Positions 11,242-23,444 of a DNA stretch of 64,000 nucleotides are shown here, one piece after another. The stretch covers positions 160,001 to 224,000 of the forward strand of contig CAVYZN010000011.1 in assembly GCA_963773065.1 (NCBI GenBank). Direction: 5' to 3'. Position 1 is the stretch's first letter, and each line of letters opens with the position of its first letter. This DNA comes from an uncultured Gammaproteobacteria bacterium (GTDB lineage Bacteria > Pseudomonadota > Gammaproteobacteria > UBA9214). Under the pieces are notes generated by a model that made no database searches, had not been told where the DNA came from, and was given only the letters and a program-made list of their open reading frames with translations. Position numbers and translations under genes: made by a program.

Positions 11242-11688
11242 ATGGAAGTCATATTGCTGGAGAAGATCGAAAATCTGGGCGCCATGGGCGACCGTGTCAA
11301 AGTGAAACCCGGTTATGGTCGTAATTTTCTGATTCCGCAAGGCAAAGCGGCGGCGGCGACGGCGCAGAACATCGCCGCGTTCGAGGCGCGGCGGGCGGAG
11401 CTGGAAAAAGCCGCGGACGAGGCCCTTGCCACGGCCGCGGCGCGCCGCGACCAGCTGGCCGGCCTGATCATCAGGCTGTCCGCGAAGGCGGGTGATGAAG
11501 GCAAGCTGTTCGGGTCGATCGGCACCGTGGATATCGCAAGCGCCATCACCGCCGCCGGCGTCAAGGTTGAACGCCATGAGATCCGCCTGCCGAACGGTCC
11601 ATTGCGCCAGGTGGGCGAGCACGGGGTACAACTGCATCTGCACAGCGATGTCAATGTCGATATAAGACTTGTCATTGAAGCGGAATAA
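11242..11688 (+). CDS. rplI: 50S ribosomal protein L9
   Basis: [29 protein letters not shown]; GKLFGSIG. Confidence 0.98.
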   Translation: MEVILLEKIENLGAMGDRVKVKPGYGRNFLIPQGKAAAATAQNIAAFEARRAELEKAADEALATAAARRDQLAGLIIRLSAKAGDEGKLFGSIGTVDIASAITAAGVKVERHEIRLPNGPLRQVGEHGVQLHLHSDVNVDIRLVIEAE

Positions 11689-11690
11689 TA

Positions 11691-11967
11691 ATGCCTACAG
11701 GGATGTAGGTACATCGCGTAGCGCAGGGACGCGCGGGAGCGATGCGCCGTAAGGGATGGCCGCTCCGGACATCCTGTCCTCGCGCGGCACTCGTACATCC
11801 ATGTACATCGTAGGTACGGCCGTTCTCGCGCGCCGCTCCCGGCATCCTCGGTAACTGCTCCTGCGTTATTCTACCTCCTGCATCCCTGCAGTCGTGCCTA
11901 CCGCGGCACTTGCACCATCCATGTGCGTCGTCCTGTGCTCCGCGACACTCGGACTTCCTGTCCATCG
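11691..11967. repeat. Cluster of five related 47-49 bp two-hairpin mini-elements, three of them nested
   Basis: Units at 11691-11739 (reverse), 11764-11810, 11826-11967 (outer), 11837-11930 (middle), 11848-11894 (inner); the four forward units start TC and end TCG, and all carry small hairpins with ATCC(A/C)T-type loops. Confidence 0.75.
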
Positions 11968-12087
11968 CCGTGCACGCACAAAGCCACGGCGAATTCAAGA
12001 TGTTCATTGCCGGGCGTTTGTGCTATTAATTCGCCCGGGGCAATAGCAGTACGACAGCAGCATTAAAAATTAAATAACTTTAATTCC

Positions 12088-13486
12088 ATGGCTGAATCGC
12101 TACGTTCCGCTGACGTCATTCGAACCGAAACCGAGGTCCTGAAAGTACCGCCGCATTCGCATGCAGGCGGAGCAGGCCGTGCTGGGCGGGCTGATGCTCG
12201 ACAACATGGCCTGGGACAAGGTGGCCGATCATGTCATCGAGGGTGATTTCTACCGCCGCGATCACCGCCTGGTATTCCGCGCCATCGCGGAACTGGCCGA
12301 GCGCAACAGTCCGTGCGATGCCGTAACCCTGTCGGAATGGCTGGCGCAGCACAAGCTGCTGGATGACGTGGGCGGGCTGGCCACTCTGGCTGCTCTGGTG
12401 CAGGGCACGCCGAGCGCCGCCAATATCCAGGCCTATGCCGATATCGTCCGCGAGCATTCCGTGCTGCGGCAATTGATCTCGGTCGGCAACGAGATCGCCG
12501 GCAGCGCCTACCTCACCGAAGGCCGCAGCTCGGGTGAACTGCTGGAACATGCCGAGCAGCAGGTGTTCCAGATCGCCGAACGCGGCGCGCGCGGACAGCG
12601 CGGCTTTCGCAGCATACGCAGCCTGCTGGGCGCGGCCGTCGACCGCATCGACAAGCTGTTCCAGCAGGATGAGCCCATTACCGGCATCTCCACCGGCTTT
12701 GCCGACCTGGACGAGATGACGGCCGGCCTGCAGCCCTCGGACCTGATCATCGTGGCCGGGCGTCCTTCCATGGGCAAGACCACGCTGGCGATGAACTTTG
12801 CCGAGAATGCCGCCATCAGGCACCAGGTGCCGGTGGCGATCTTCAGCATGGAAATGCCGGGCGAACAACTGGCGCTGCGCATGATGTCTTCACTCGGGCA
12901 CATCGACCAGCACAAAATCCGCACCGGCAAGCTGGACGACGATGACTGGCCGCGCCTGACCTCCGCGGTCAGTCTGCTCGATTCCGCTCCGCTGTTCATC
13001 GACGACACGCCGGCCCTGTCGCCGACCGAGATGCGCGCCCGCGCGCGGCGCCTCAAGCGTGAGCACAATATCGGAATGATCGTCATCGACTATCTGCAGC
13101 TCATGCAGGTTCCGGGCACGCGTGAAAACCGGACTACGGAAATCTCGGAGATTTCGCGCAACCTCAAGGCGCTGGCCAAGGAAATGGAGGTGCCCGTGGT
13201 CGCGCTCTCGCAGCTCAATCGCGGTCTCGAACAGCGCACCGACAAACGCCCGGTCATGTCCGACCTGCGCGAATCCGGGGCCATCGAGCAGGATGCGGAT
13301 CTCATCCTGTTCATCTACCGCGATGAGGTCTACCACGAGGACAGCCCGCGCAAGGGCATCGCCGAGATCATCATCGGCAAGCAGCGCAACGGTCCCATCG
13401 GCACCCGTCACCTCACCTTCCGCGGCCAGTTCACCCGCTTCGAGAACTACACCGATGATGTCTACACGGGCGGTGAGTTTGGATGA
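12088..13486 (+). CDS. dnaB: Replicative DNA helicase; frameshift near 12160
   Basis: LKVPPHS/QAEQAVLGG N-terminus, AGRPSMGKT Walker A, IDYLQL, SDLRESGAIEQDAD. Confidence 0.97.
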
Positions 13487-14560
13487 CGCGCCCCGTGCGG
13501 GCGCGCATCGACCTGCCGGCCCTGCAGCATAACTTCGAACGCGTCAGGCAATGCGCCCCGGGCAGCCGGGTCATGGCCATCGTCAAGGCGCACGCCTACG
13601 GTCACGGTTTGCTCAACGTCGCGCGGGCCCTTCCCGAGGCCGATGCGTTTGGGGTCGTGTCCGTGGATGAGGCGATCTCCCTGCGTGAGGCCGGTTTCGA
13701 CCGGCGCATCGTGCTGCTGGAAGGCCTGTACGAGGCCGATGAAACCGGTCTGGCCGGCGGTTACCGCGTGGATGTCGTCATTCATCATGCCGATCAGATC
13801 AGGATGCTGGAGCAGGCCCGGCCCGGGCGGTCGCTGCAGGTGTGGCTCAAGATCGACACCGGGATGCACCGCCTGGGCTTCGAGCCGGACGCCGTTCCCG
13901 CCGTCATGGAACGCCTGCGCCGCATGCGCACGGGTGGCGGACATCCGTTATCTCTCGCATTTCAGCCGCGCCGATGAGGCGCACGACGATTACACCCTGC
14001 GGCAATACCGGCTCTTCCTGCAGTCTATCGAAGGGCTGCAGGGCGAGCGCTCGCTGGCCAACTCCGCGGCCGTGCTGGCCTGGCCCGACGCCCACCTCGA
14101 GTGGGTGCGCCCCGGTGTCATGCTCTACGGCGGCTCCCCGCTGCAACATAAAACCGCGACTGAACTCGGTCTGCAGGCGGTGATGACGCTCGGCACGCAA
14201 TTGATTGCCGTGACACAGCGGCGCCAGGGCGATCCCGTGGGTTACGGCGCCGGCTGGGTGTGTCCGGAGCCGATGCGCATCGGCATCGCGGCGATCGGCT
14301 ACGGTGATGGTTATCCGCGCCATGCGCCGAGCGGGACACCGGTACTGGTCAACGGCCGGCGGGCGGCGCTCGCGGGGCGTGTGTCCATGGACATGATCGG
14401 CATCGATTTGCGCGGGCATCCCGAGGCCTGTGTCGGCGATCCCGTCACCCTGTGGGGCGAGGGCCTGCCCATCGATGAAGTCGCGGCGGCGGCGGGTACG
14501 ATCTCCTATGAATTGTTCTGCGGGGTGAACAACCGGGTGCTTTTTGACTATGTCGAATGA
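13483..14560 (+). CDS. alr: Alanine racemase; frameshift near 13930
   Basis: AIVKAHAYGHG, KIDTGMHRLG, VRPGVMLYG, GYGDGYPR, GRVSMD. Confidence 0.95.
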
Positions 14561-14606
14561 GGCGCGGGATTGCCATCCGCGCAGGCATGCGGGCTAGACT
14601 TCCCTG

Positions 14607-16016
14607 ATGGCCAGACCCCGATCGGTTTATGCCTGCGGCGCCTGTGGCGCGCAGTTCCCCCAGTGGGCCGGGCAGTGCGGGGACTGCGGCGCCTGGAATA
14701 CGCTCACCGAGGTGGTCGCCGCGGCCACGCCGCGCACCGGACGCAACGCCGGCTATGCCGGTGATGCCGCTGTGACGGTGACCCGCCTGTCGGCCGTCAA
14801 GCCGGATTCACACACACGCTCCTCGGTTGGCCTGCTGGAACTCGACCGCGTCCTGGGGGGCGGGCTGGTGGCGGGATCGGTGGTGTTGATCGGCGGCGAT
14901 CCGGGCATCGGCAAATCCACGCTGCTGCTGCAGGTGCTCGCGGCCCTGCCCGCCGCCATGAGCCCGCTCTATGTGACGGGCGAGGAGTCGCCGGAACAGG
15001 TCTCGCTGCGCGCCGCCCGCCTTGGCATCCAGGGCGATAATGTGCAACTGGTCTCGGAAACGTCCGTGGAACGGATCATCGAGACGGCGCGCCGGGAAAG
15101 GCCGCGGGTCATGGTGCTGGATTCCATTCAGACCCTGTATACCGAGACCCTGCAATCGGCGCCGGGCTCGGTCGCGCAGGTCCGGGAAAGCGCCGCGCAA
15201 CTGGTCCGTTTCGCCAAGCAGACCGGCACCGCCCTGTTCCTGGTCGGTCACGTGACCAAGGAGGGCATGCTGGCCGGACCGCGGGTACTCGAGCACATGG
15301 TGGACACGGTGCTGTATTTCGAGGGTGACCCCGGCGATCGTTACCGGATCCTGCGCGCCATCAAGAACCGTTTCGGCGCCGTGAATGAAATCGGCGTGTT
15401 CGCCATGACGGAGCGGGGTCTCAGGGAGGTGCGCAACCCTTCCGCCATCTTCCTATCGCGGCACCAGATCGCGGTGCCCGGCAGCGTGGTGATGGTGACC
15501 TGGGAGGGTACCCGCCCGTTGCTGGTGGAAGTGCAGGCGCTGGTTGACCAGAGCCAGCTCGGCAACCCGCGGCGCGTTACCCTGGGATTGGAGCAGAACC
15601 GGCTTTCCATGCTGCTGGCGGTGCTGCACCGGCACGGCGGACTGCTCACCGGGGATCAGGACGTCTTCGTCAATGTCGTCGGCGGTGTACGGGTCAGCGA
15701 AACCGCGGCCGACATGGCCGTGCTGCTGGCGGTGGTATCCAGTTTCCGCAACCAGCCGCTGCCCGGCGACCTGGTCGTGTTCGGGGAGATCGGTCTCTCC
15801 GGTGAACTCAGGCCCGTGCCGAACGGCCAGGAGCGCCTGCAGGAGGCGGCCAAGCACGGTTTTCACCAGGCCATCATTCCCGCCGCCAACAAGCCTAAGC
15901 AGCCGGTCCAGGGTCTGGAGGTGACCGCGGTTGACCGTCTGGCGCAGGTACTGGAATCAGATCTCAGGCGGGTCGAGAGTTCCTGCTCGCAGCAGCGGGG
16001 GTGTCACCCAGGTTGA
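14607..16016 (+). CDS. radA: DNA repair protein RadA/Sms
   Basis: CxxC..CxxC zinc finger, GGDPGIGKST, KNRFG, Lon-like C-terminus. Confidence 0.97.
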   Translation: MARPRSVYACGACGAQFPQWAGQCGDCGAWNTLTEVVAAATPRTGRNAGYAGDAAVTVTRLSAVKPDSHTRSSVGLLELDRVLGGGLVAGSVVLIGGDPGIGKSTLLLQVLAALPAAMSPLYVTGEESPEQVSLRAARLGIQGDNVQLVSETSVERIIETARRERPRVMVLDSIQTLYTETLQSAPGSVAQVRESAAQLVRFAKQTGTALFLVGHVTKEGMLAGPRVLEHMVDTVLYFEGDPGDRYRILRAIKNRFGAVNEIGVFAMTERGLREVRNPSAIFLSRHQIAVPGSVVMVTWEGTRPLLVEVQALVDQSQLGNPRRVTLGLEQNRLSMLLAVLHRHGGLLTGDQDVFVNVVGGVRVSETAADMAVLLAVVSSFRNQPLPGDLVVFGEIGLSGELRPVPNGQERLQEAAKHGFHQAIIPAANKPKQPVQGLEVTAVDRLAQVLESDLRRVESSCSQQRGCHPG

Positions 16017-16364
16017 TTTCCACCAGCCAGCGGATGACGTCCCTGCCATGTTCATCCAGCTCGGCGAAGGCCATGCCCAGCCGGTCCCTGTCGACCTGCC
16101 GGGTGACGACCTCCGTGCTGAAGTAGGACTGGTTGGCCAGTTGCACCCGAGGGTGTAGGGCGTGCCCGTGCGGCCCGTCCAGCCATCCGGGAGTTCAACC
16201 AGGGCGCCGCTCAATGAGAGATCGATCAGGCGTGTTTCCCACCGCTCCTCAGGCGTGACCAGCATGGCCGGCGCATGCAGTGACACGCGGGTGTAGTGGC
16301 GTTGTCGGGCGGTTCCGGGGTCTTTATGCGGGTTCCCGCTTCCTCGGCCCCGGGCCGGATTCAA
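15964..16364 (-). CDS. PilZ-domain protein; frameshift near 16150
   Basis: RHYTR (RxxxR) and DLSLSG (DxSxxG) c-di-GMP motifs, then GMAFAELD..IRWLVEINLGD in the next frame. Confidence 0.8.
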
Positions 16365-16944
16365 GGTTGTATTCGAACTCGAGTCCCCCCCATGGCGATG
16401 CGGTCGCCCGCATTCAGCGGGTAGGCGTCTTCACCGATGGTTACCCGGTTGACCTGCGGGAAAACCTCACCTTCCAGGTGTGACAGGTAATATCCGTCTT
16501 CACGGCGGCTGATCATGGCCGCGAGGGAGCCGGCGTTGCCGAAGCGCGTGACCGGGTTGTCGAGATGGATGAGCCTTCCCCGGTGCTTGCCGCCGAGTAT
16601 CCTGAGCGCCCCCCGCTGGGGGCTTATGGCCGCATGCAGGTGCCCAGGGACATGGGCGGGATCGTCGGTGAAAACCAGTGTGTAGCCGCCGAGGAAGATG
16701 ACGTCCCCATCCTGAAGCGGGTGTTCGTGCACGGTACCATGATTGACCTGCAGCCCTCATCGCCGGCGGTGGCGACGAGGTGATAGTCTCTTCCGTTGTA
16801 GGCGATTCTGGCGTGTACCGGGCGCAGGGACAGATCGTCGATCGAGATGTCGCACGCAGGATCGGCACCGATCAGGATGCCTCTGCCGGTCAGTAACAGG
16901 GATTTCAGTGGATTGCTGCCGAGACTCAGTGTCAGTTTCGCCAT
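16361..16944 (-). CDS. Tandem FHA-domain protein; frameshift near 16740
   Basis: MAKLTLSL..ILIGADPACDISID..HARI; HPLQDGDVIFLG; second domain ..QVN..PLNAGDRIAMGG. Confidence 0.7.
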
Positions 16945-17073
16945 GGCGGCTGCCTTGATGTCATTCGCTTCCGTGCCGATATTCCCAGACTCGGGCACGG
17001 CAAGTAAAGCCGGGCTGGCCGATCCGCGGATCAGACCGTGTTCCAAAAGGACGCGGCGGTTGGACGGCAGCGC

Positions 17074-18360
17074 TCAGGCATTGCCCGCGTCGGCGTGCTG
17101 ATCCGCGAGCGCCGGATGAATGCGTACGGTCTTGACCATGTTTTCCCTGATCAGCAGGATATCAACCGGATGCCGGTCGAGCAGCAGGCTGGTGCCGGCA
17201 TCCGGGATCATCTCCAGATATTCGATAATCAGTCCATTCAGGGTCTTGGGGCCGTCGGTTGGCAGCGCCATATGCAACGCCGTATTCAGTGTGCGGATGG
17301 TGATGGAGCCGTCAACCAGCCAGGTGCCGTCCTGCTGGGGCACGATGTTATCGAACTGCGCCGCCGGATCGGAGGTGAACTCCCCGACGATTTCCTCGAG
17401 GATGTCTGCGAGGGTGGTCAGCCCCTGCATGTCGCCGTATTCATCCACGACGAAGCCGATGCGGCGCTTGTTGCGCTGGAAATTGAGCAACTGCCGGTTC
17501 AGCGGGGTGTTCTCCGGAATGAAATAGGGCTCGCGCGCGATGCGTTGCAGGGCGGCACGGTCGAGATCCTCCCGGTACAGCAGCGGCAGGACGTCGCGCA
17601 TGTGCAGTACGCCGATGACGTGGTCGATATTTTCGCGATACAGCGGCAGGCGGGTGTACTGGCTGCCCGACAGTTGGCTGATGATGGCATCCCAGTCCGC
17701 GTCAACGTCGATCCCGATGACGTCGTTGCGCGGTACCATGATGTCCTCGACCGTGACCTTCTCGAGGTCCATGAGATTGAGCAGCATCTCCTGGTGACGC
17801 TGCGGAATCATGGCGCCGGCTTCCTTGACGACGGTGCGCAGTTCCTCGGTGGTCAGGGCGTTGGACGCCTGCGCCTCGGTCGACACACCGAGCCCCTTCA
17901 GAACGGCGTTGACGATGATATTCACCATCCACACCAAGGGATACAGCAGTTTAAGCAGCGGGATATAGATCTAGGCCGACGGCAGGGCGATGCGCTCCGG
18001 GTGCAGCGCGGCCAGGGTTTTCGGCATGACATCCGCGAAGATCAGGATCACCAGCGTCAGGACCCCGGCGGCAATGGCGATCCCGGATTCGCCCCAGAGC
18101 TTGAGCGCGATGAGGGTGGTGAGCGTGGAGGCGACGATGTCGGTGAAATTTCTGCCGAGCAGGATCACGCCGATCAGGCGGTCGGGGCGTTCGAGCAGCC
18201 GCGCCGCGCGCTGCGCGCCGGGGTGACCCTGCTCCGCGAGGTGGCGCAGCCGGTAACGGTTCAGGGCCATCAGCCCGGTTTCGGAGCCGGAGAAAAAGGC
18301 GGACAGCAGGATCAGGATAAACAGCGCAAAGAAAAGTACGCCGAGGTGGATGTCGTCCAA
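17074..18360 (-). CDS. HlyC/CorC (CNNM, YfjD-like) transporter with CBS domains; frameshift near 17970
   Basis: SAFFSGSETG, VEDIMVPR, VVDEYG..LEEIVGE. Confidence 0.92.
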
Positions 18361-18437
18361 ACGGGGACAGCCTCTGGTTGGATGCGGGCGCTTATAGTAC
18401 GGAAATTTGTCCCCGCCTGTCAGTTCATGCGGCCGGT

Positions 18438-19249
18438 TCAGCGGTTCAACACCAGTTCCAGCACGAACTTGCTGCCGAAATAGGCCAGCATCAGGAACAC
18501 AAATCCGCCCACGGTCCAGTTGATCGCGAGCCGGCTGCGCCAGCCATACCGCCAGCGGCCCCAGAGCAGGGTGGCGAACACCAGCCAGGCGATGATGGAA
18601 AGCACGGTTTTATGGACCAGGTGTTGGGCAAAAATGTCCTCGAGAAACAAGGCCCCCGTGACCAGCGACAGGGTGAGCAGTGTAAACCCGATGGCGATCA
18701 TCTGGAACATCAGGTATTCCATGGTCTGCAGGGGCGGCAAGGAACGGATAAAGCCACCGGGTTGCCGGTTGTGCAGGTGGCGGTCCTGTATCGACAGCAG
18801 CAGCGCCTGCAGGACCGCAAGCCCGAGGATACTGTAGGCGAGCAGTGAAATCAGAATATGCGACATCGAGCTGCCAGGAGCCCGATTTGGGTAACAACGT
18901 GTTTTGCAGGAAACAGGAACATCATCCCGATACTCAGCGCGGCCACCGGGAACACGGGTATGCCCAGATTCTCCACCGGTTCCTGAAACGAGGCCAGCAT
19001 CAGCAGCGCCGCGGTGATCAGGAAGATCAGGGAAACCGCATTGAAGAAAGCGAGATTGAGCCCGTTCGGCGTCAGGATGGTTGGGTAGAGCAGGCTGGCG
19101 TGCAGCAGGACGGCAATGCCGCTGATCAGCAAGATCTGGTTGCTGTGACAGCCCGGACCCGAGTAACAGTGCGCGAGCCGCAGTGCAAGCAGGACACTGG
19201 CCAGCACGTACAACACGATGGCGATCGATCCGGCGATCAGGGTTGTCAT
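18438..19249 (-). CDS. Cytochrome c assembly family inner membrane protein (YpjD/CcsA-like); frameshift near 18880
   Basis: HILISLLAYS, LPPLQTME, HKTVLS..WGRWRYGWR..LAYFGSKFVLE; divergent from ffh. Confidence 0.88.
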
Positions 19250-19414
19250 GACGAGGGTAGGATGCCGATTTCAGGGCGTCATCATCGCATAACTCGATAG
19301 GGCATTGAAGTAGGGGTGGACCGGGGGACAGCGACATTTCCGTGCCGGTGATTTTCATTCCGGCTATAATTCACTCGCCAGATTCCGCTGATCAAGACGG
19401 TTGCCAGACCCCAC

Positions 19415-20812
19415 ATGTTTGACAATCTCACCGAACGACTGTCCAGAACCATCAGGAACCTGCGCGGCCAGGGCCGGTTGACCGAGGAAAATATCCAGGC
19501 GACCTTGCGCGAGGTGCGTATGGCGCTGCTCGAAGCCGATGTCGCATTGCCCGTGGTGAAGGACTTCATCGACCGAGTGCGGGAGCGGGCATACCGGGCA
19601 GGAGGTGCTTAAAAGCCTGACGCCGGGCCAGACCCTGGTCAAGGTGGTCAATGATGAACTGATCCGGGTCATGGGCGTGGCCAATGATGCCCTTAATCTG
19701 AATGTCCCGCCGCCTGCGGTGATTCTGATGGCCGGTCTGCAGGGTTCCGGCAAGACGACCAGCAGCGCCAAACTGGCGCTCTGGCTGCGGGAACGCGCGA
19801 GAAAACCGTGCTGCTCGCGAGCTGTGACGTCTACCGCCCGGCCGCCATCGATCAGCTGAAGACGCTGGCCGCCCAGATCGAAGCCGAGTTTTACCCAAGC
19901 TACCCGGACCAGGACGCCGGTGGCGATTGCGCGGGAGGCCGTCAGTCAGGCGCGCAAGCAGCACTCGACGTGGTCATCATCGATACGGCCGGCCGTCTGC
20001 ATATCGATGAGGATATGATGACGGAGATTCGCCGGCTGCATGAGACATTGCAGCCGGTCGAGACTCTGTTTGTCGTCGACAGCATGACGGGCCAGGATGC
20101 GGCCAATACGGCGCGTACCTTCAATGAGGCCCTGCCGCTTACCGGCGTGATCCTGACCAAGACGGATGGCGATGCCCGTGGCGGCGCCGCGCTGTCCATC
20201 CGCGCCATTACCGGAAAACCGATCAAATTCCTGGGAGTTGGCGAGAAGACGGCCGCGCTGGAGCCGTTTCACCCGGAACGACTTGCCTCGCGCATCCTGG
20301 GTATGGGTGACGTGCTGAGCCTGGTCGAGGAGGCCGAGCGCAAAGTCGACAAGGAGAAGGTCGCGCGGCTTGCCAGCAAGATATCGAAGGGAAAACGCTT
20401 CGATATGGATGACTTCCGCGAGCAACTGGAACAGATGCTGAACATGGGGGGGCTGACGGGTCTGATGGACAAGCTGCCGGGCATGGGACAACTGCCGCAG
20501 AATGCCAAGGCCATGGTGAATGACCGTGAAATACACCGCATGGTCGCCATCATCAATTCCATGACCCGGCAGGAACGCAGTTTTCCCGATGTCATCAAGG
20601 GGTCGCGTCGGCGGCGCATCGCCGCCGGTTCCGGAACGCAGGTGCAGGATGTGAACCGGCTGCTCAAGCAATATCTGCAGATGCGCAAGATGATGCAGAA
20701 GATGTCCAAAGGCGGCATGGGTAAGATGCTACGCAGCCTGAAGGGCAAGTCGCCCCAGGGATTTCCGTTCCAGGGTACTGTGATCCCGGCGGTTTATCCG
20801 GCTTGGAAATAA
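19415..20812 (+). CDS. ffh: Signal recognition particle protein Ffh; two frameshifts
   Basis: MFDNLTERL, GLQGSGKTT, DTAGR, TKTDGDARGG, Met-rich M domain. Confidence 0.96.
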
Positions 20813-20835
20813 AAACGGTGGCCTGGGCCACCGTT
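20811..20835. terminator. Rho-independent terminator hairpin, U-tract stronger on the minus strand
   Basis: AAAAACGGTGGCC-TG-GGCCACCGTT. Confidence 0.6.
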
Positions 20836-21446
20836 CAATACTGCGCTTGATCGGCTTACGTTGTCGTAAGATTTATTACTGCTGTCTATTTTTTCCACAA
20901 TGCCGTGCGCGAACCCGTTTATTATTGTAGTGATGATGTGCTATTTGTTGTTGCGCTTACATTCGGGTTGAATGCTCCCCCACCTGATTGTTGTTTGCTG
21001 CACGGACGTCTGCTGAAATTGCATAGTTATGTAGGCAATCCTATGCCATCTAATAAAATATCAGTTATTGCAGATAGTTGGATTGCGTCACCTAATGCGC
21101 ACTAGCGTCTATTGCGCTTGATGAGTAAATAAAATCGACAACGCATACCCGTCAGATGAGTCGAAAATCGTAGTAACTTGATAGAAATGCTTTCAGCGAC
21201 AAAGAGATGGCAGGTATTCACAAAACTGTCCTCAGAAAAAATCCGATGTAATAATACCGACAATCCGACGGCGATTATTGCCACTGATGATCTCTGCGTT
21301 GTTCCAGGACGGCACTGGCCGTCATCCCGGTAAAGCGTGTCAGCTAGCCCTTCACTTTTACCGGCATTCGCGTAGAATTATGCGGTTTTAACGATAGCGC
21401 CGGTTCGCCGGCGGCAGTAACGCAAACGAAGCGAGGATATAGATTC

Positions 21447-21692
21447 ATGGTGACGATCAGGATGTCACGCGGCGGCGCCAAGAAGCGCCCCTTCTACCAC
21501 ATCGTGGTTACCGACAGCCGCAACCGGCGGGACGGCCGCTACATCGAACGTATCGGCTTTTTCAATCCGATTGCGACCGGCGGTGAAGAAAAGGTCAGAA
21601 TAGATACCGAACGTGCGGATTTCTGGTGCGCCCGGGGCGCTCAGCTCAGCGATCGTGTCGCCCAGTTGATAAAGTCGCAGCGGCAGCAGTAA
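21447..21692 (+). CDS. rpsP: 30S ribosomal protein S16
   Basis: [39 protein letters not shown]. Confidence 0.98.
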   Translation: MVTIRMSRGGAKKRPFYHIVVTDSRNRRDGRYIERIGFFNPIATGGEEKVRIDTERADFWCARGAQLSDRVAQLIKSQRQQ

Positions 21693-21729
21693 ATCACGTG
21701 CCTTCCGGATAACCGTATCCGGGGGTGAA

Positions 21730-22268
21730 ATGGCGGTTGATCTCGACAGCGGCGCGCCCGGGACTGACGATAGCCCGATCATCATGGGCCGTATTGCCGG
21801 CCCTTACGGCGTCAAGGGTTGGCTGCGGGTGGTGTCCTACACCCGGCAACCAGACAAGCTGATCGAGTACACACCCTGGTATCTGCGGCGTGACAACACG
21901 TGGCTGATCCAGCGGGGTAGTTGAGGCAAAGCGTCATGGTAGGGTCCTGCTGGCGCGGTTGCCGGGCTACGAGGACCGCGACAGGGCGGCTGCAACTGGC
22001 CGGTACGGATATCGGTATCTGCCAGGAGACAGTTGCCCGCAACCGCGGCGGATGAGTACTACTGGAGCGACCTCATCGGGTTGCCGGTGGTGACGCTGGA
22101 TGGCTTGGTGCTCGGGACAGTGGACCACCTGATCGAGACCGGCGCCAATGATGTCCTCGTGGTCAAGGGTGAGCGGGAGCGTTGATACCTTTTATCCAGG
22201 GGCAGGTCATTGCGCTGGTTGACCTCGACACCCGCGTTATACGGGTCGACTGGGATCCGGACTTCTGA
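21730..22268 (+). CDS. rimM: Ribosome maturation factor RimM; frameshifted
   Basis: [13 protein letters not shown]; [20 protein letters not shown] and VDWDPDF read from the DNA; operon position. Confidence 0.92.
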
Positions 22269-22279
22269 CCTGAGGGTAC

Positions 22280-23069
22280 ATGCGCATCGATGTGGTTACC
22301 CTGTTTCCCGAGATGATCCGGGCACAGGCCAGTTATGGAATCCAGGGCAGGGCACTCGCGCAGGGACTGGTCGAGCTGGTGACCTGGAACCCCAGGGATT
22401 ACACCCTGGACAGGCACGGGTCGGTGGACGACAAGCCCTATGGCGGCGGTCCGGGAATGGTCATGCAGGTGCAGCCGCTGCGCGCCGCCATACAGGCGGC
22501 GAGAACGGCGGGACCGTCGCGCACCGGTCATTTACCTGTCGCCGCAGGGCGTGAAGTTTGCCCAGGACAAGGCGCGCCGCCTCGCCGGTCTGGAACGCCT
22601 GATCCTGCTGGCCGGGCGCTATGAAGGCGTCGATGAACGACTCATCGACATGGAAGTGGATGAGGAACTGTCGATCGGGGACTATGTCCTGAGCGGCGGC
22701 GAATTGCCGGTGCTGGTCGTGATGGATGCCATCACGCGACTGCTGCCCGGTGCGCTGGGTGATGCGGATTCCGCCCGCGAGGATTCCTTCATGGACGGTC
22801 TGCTGGATTATCCGCACTACACGCGGCCGGAACAGATCGAGGGGCGGCGGGTGCCTGAGGTGCTGCTGAGCGGGAACCATGCCGGGATACGCCGCTGGCG
22901 CCGCAAGCAGGCGCTTGGCAGGACCCGCCTGAGACGGCCGGACCTGCTGGAAGCGCTGACGCTGGATGACGATGAGCAGGCCTTGTTGAACGAGTTTTTA
23001 GAAGAGTATGACAAAGGGATCGTCAGACTGACGGCGGTCTTTCGGATGCAACAGAGGATTGAGTCATGA
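22280..23069 (+). CDS. trmD: tRNA (guanine-N1)-methyltransferase; frameshift near 22520
   Basis: [40 protein letters not shown]. Confidence 0.96.
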
Positions 23070-23410
23070 GTAATATTATCGAACAGCTTGAACGGGAACA
23101 GATGAAAAAGGATATTCCGGACTTCAGTCCCGGCGATACGGTGGTCGTGCAGGTCAAGGTCACGGAAGGCAACCGCGAGCGCCTGCAGGCCTTTGAAGGG
23201 GTGGTGATCGCCAAGCGCAATCGCGGCCTGAACTCGGCCTTCACGGTGCGCAAGATATCCCATGGCGAGGGCGTGGAGCGTGTCTTTCAGACGCACAGTC
23301 CCGCCATTGCCTCCATCGAGCTCAAGCGCCGCGGCGATGTGCGCCGCGCGAAACTCTACTACCTGCGCGAGCGCTCCGGCAAGTCCGCGCGGATCAAGGA
23401 GCGGCTTTGA
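23066..23410 (+). CDS. rplS: 50S ribosomal protein L19
   Basis: [34 protein letters not shown]. Confidence 0.98.
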   Translation: MSNIIEQLEREQMKKDIPDFSPGDTVVVQVKVTEGNRERLQAFEGVVIAKRNRGLNSAFTVRKISHGEGVERVFQTHSPAIASIELKRRGDVRRAKLYYLRERSGKSARIKERL

Positions 23411-23444
23411 AGCAGACACGGCAGCCCGTCTGCCGTTAAACCGC

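Noticed and set aside
11691-11967. CRISPR array
   Set aside because: Units are nested and divergent, with no constant repeat-spacer period and no cas genes in the window
8398-23069. Pseudogenisation or programmed frameshifting of rlmB, dnaB, alr, ffh, rimM, trmD
   Set aside because: Several are essential, the indels are scattered with no shared slippery motif, and sequencing error explains them more simply
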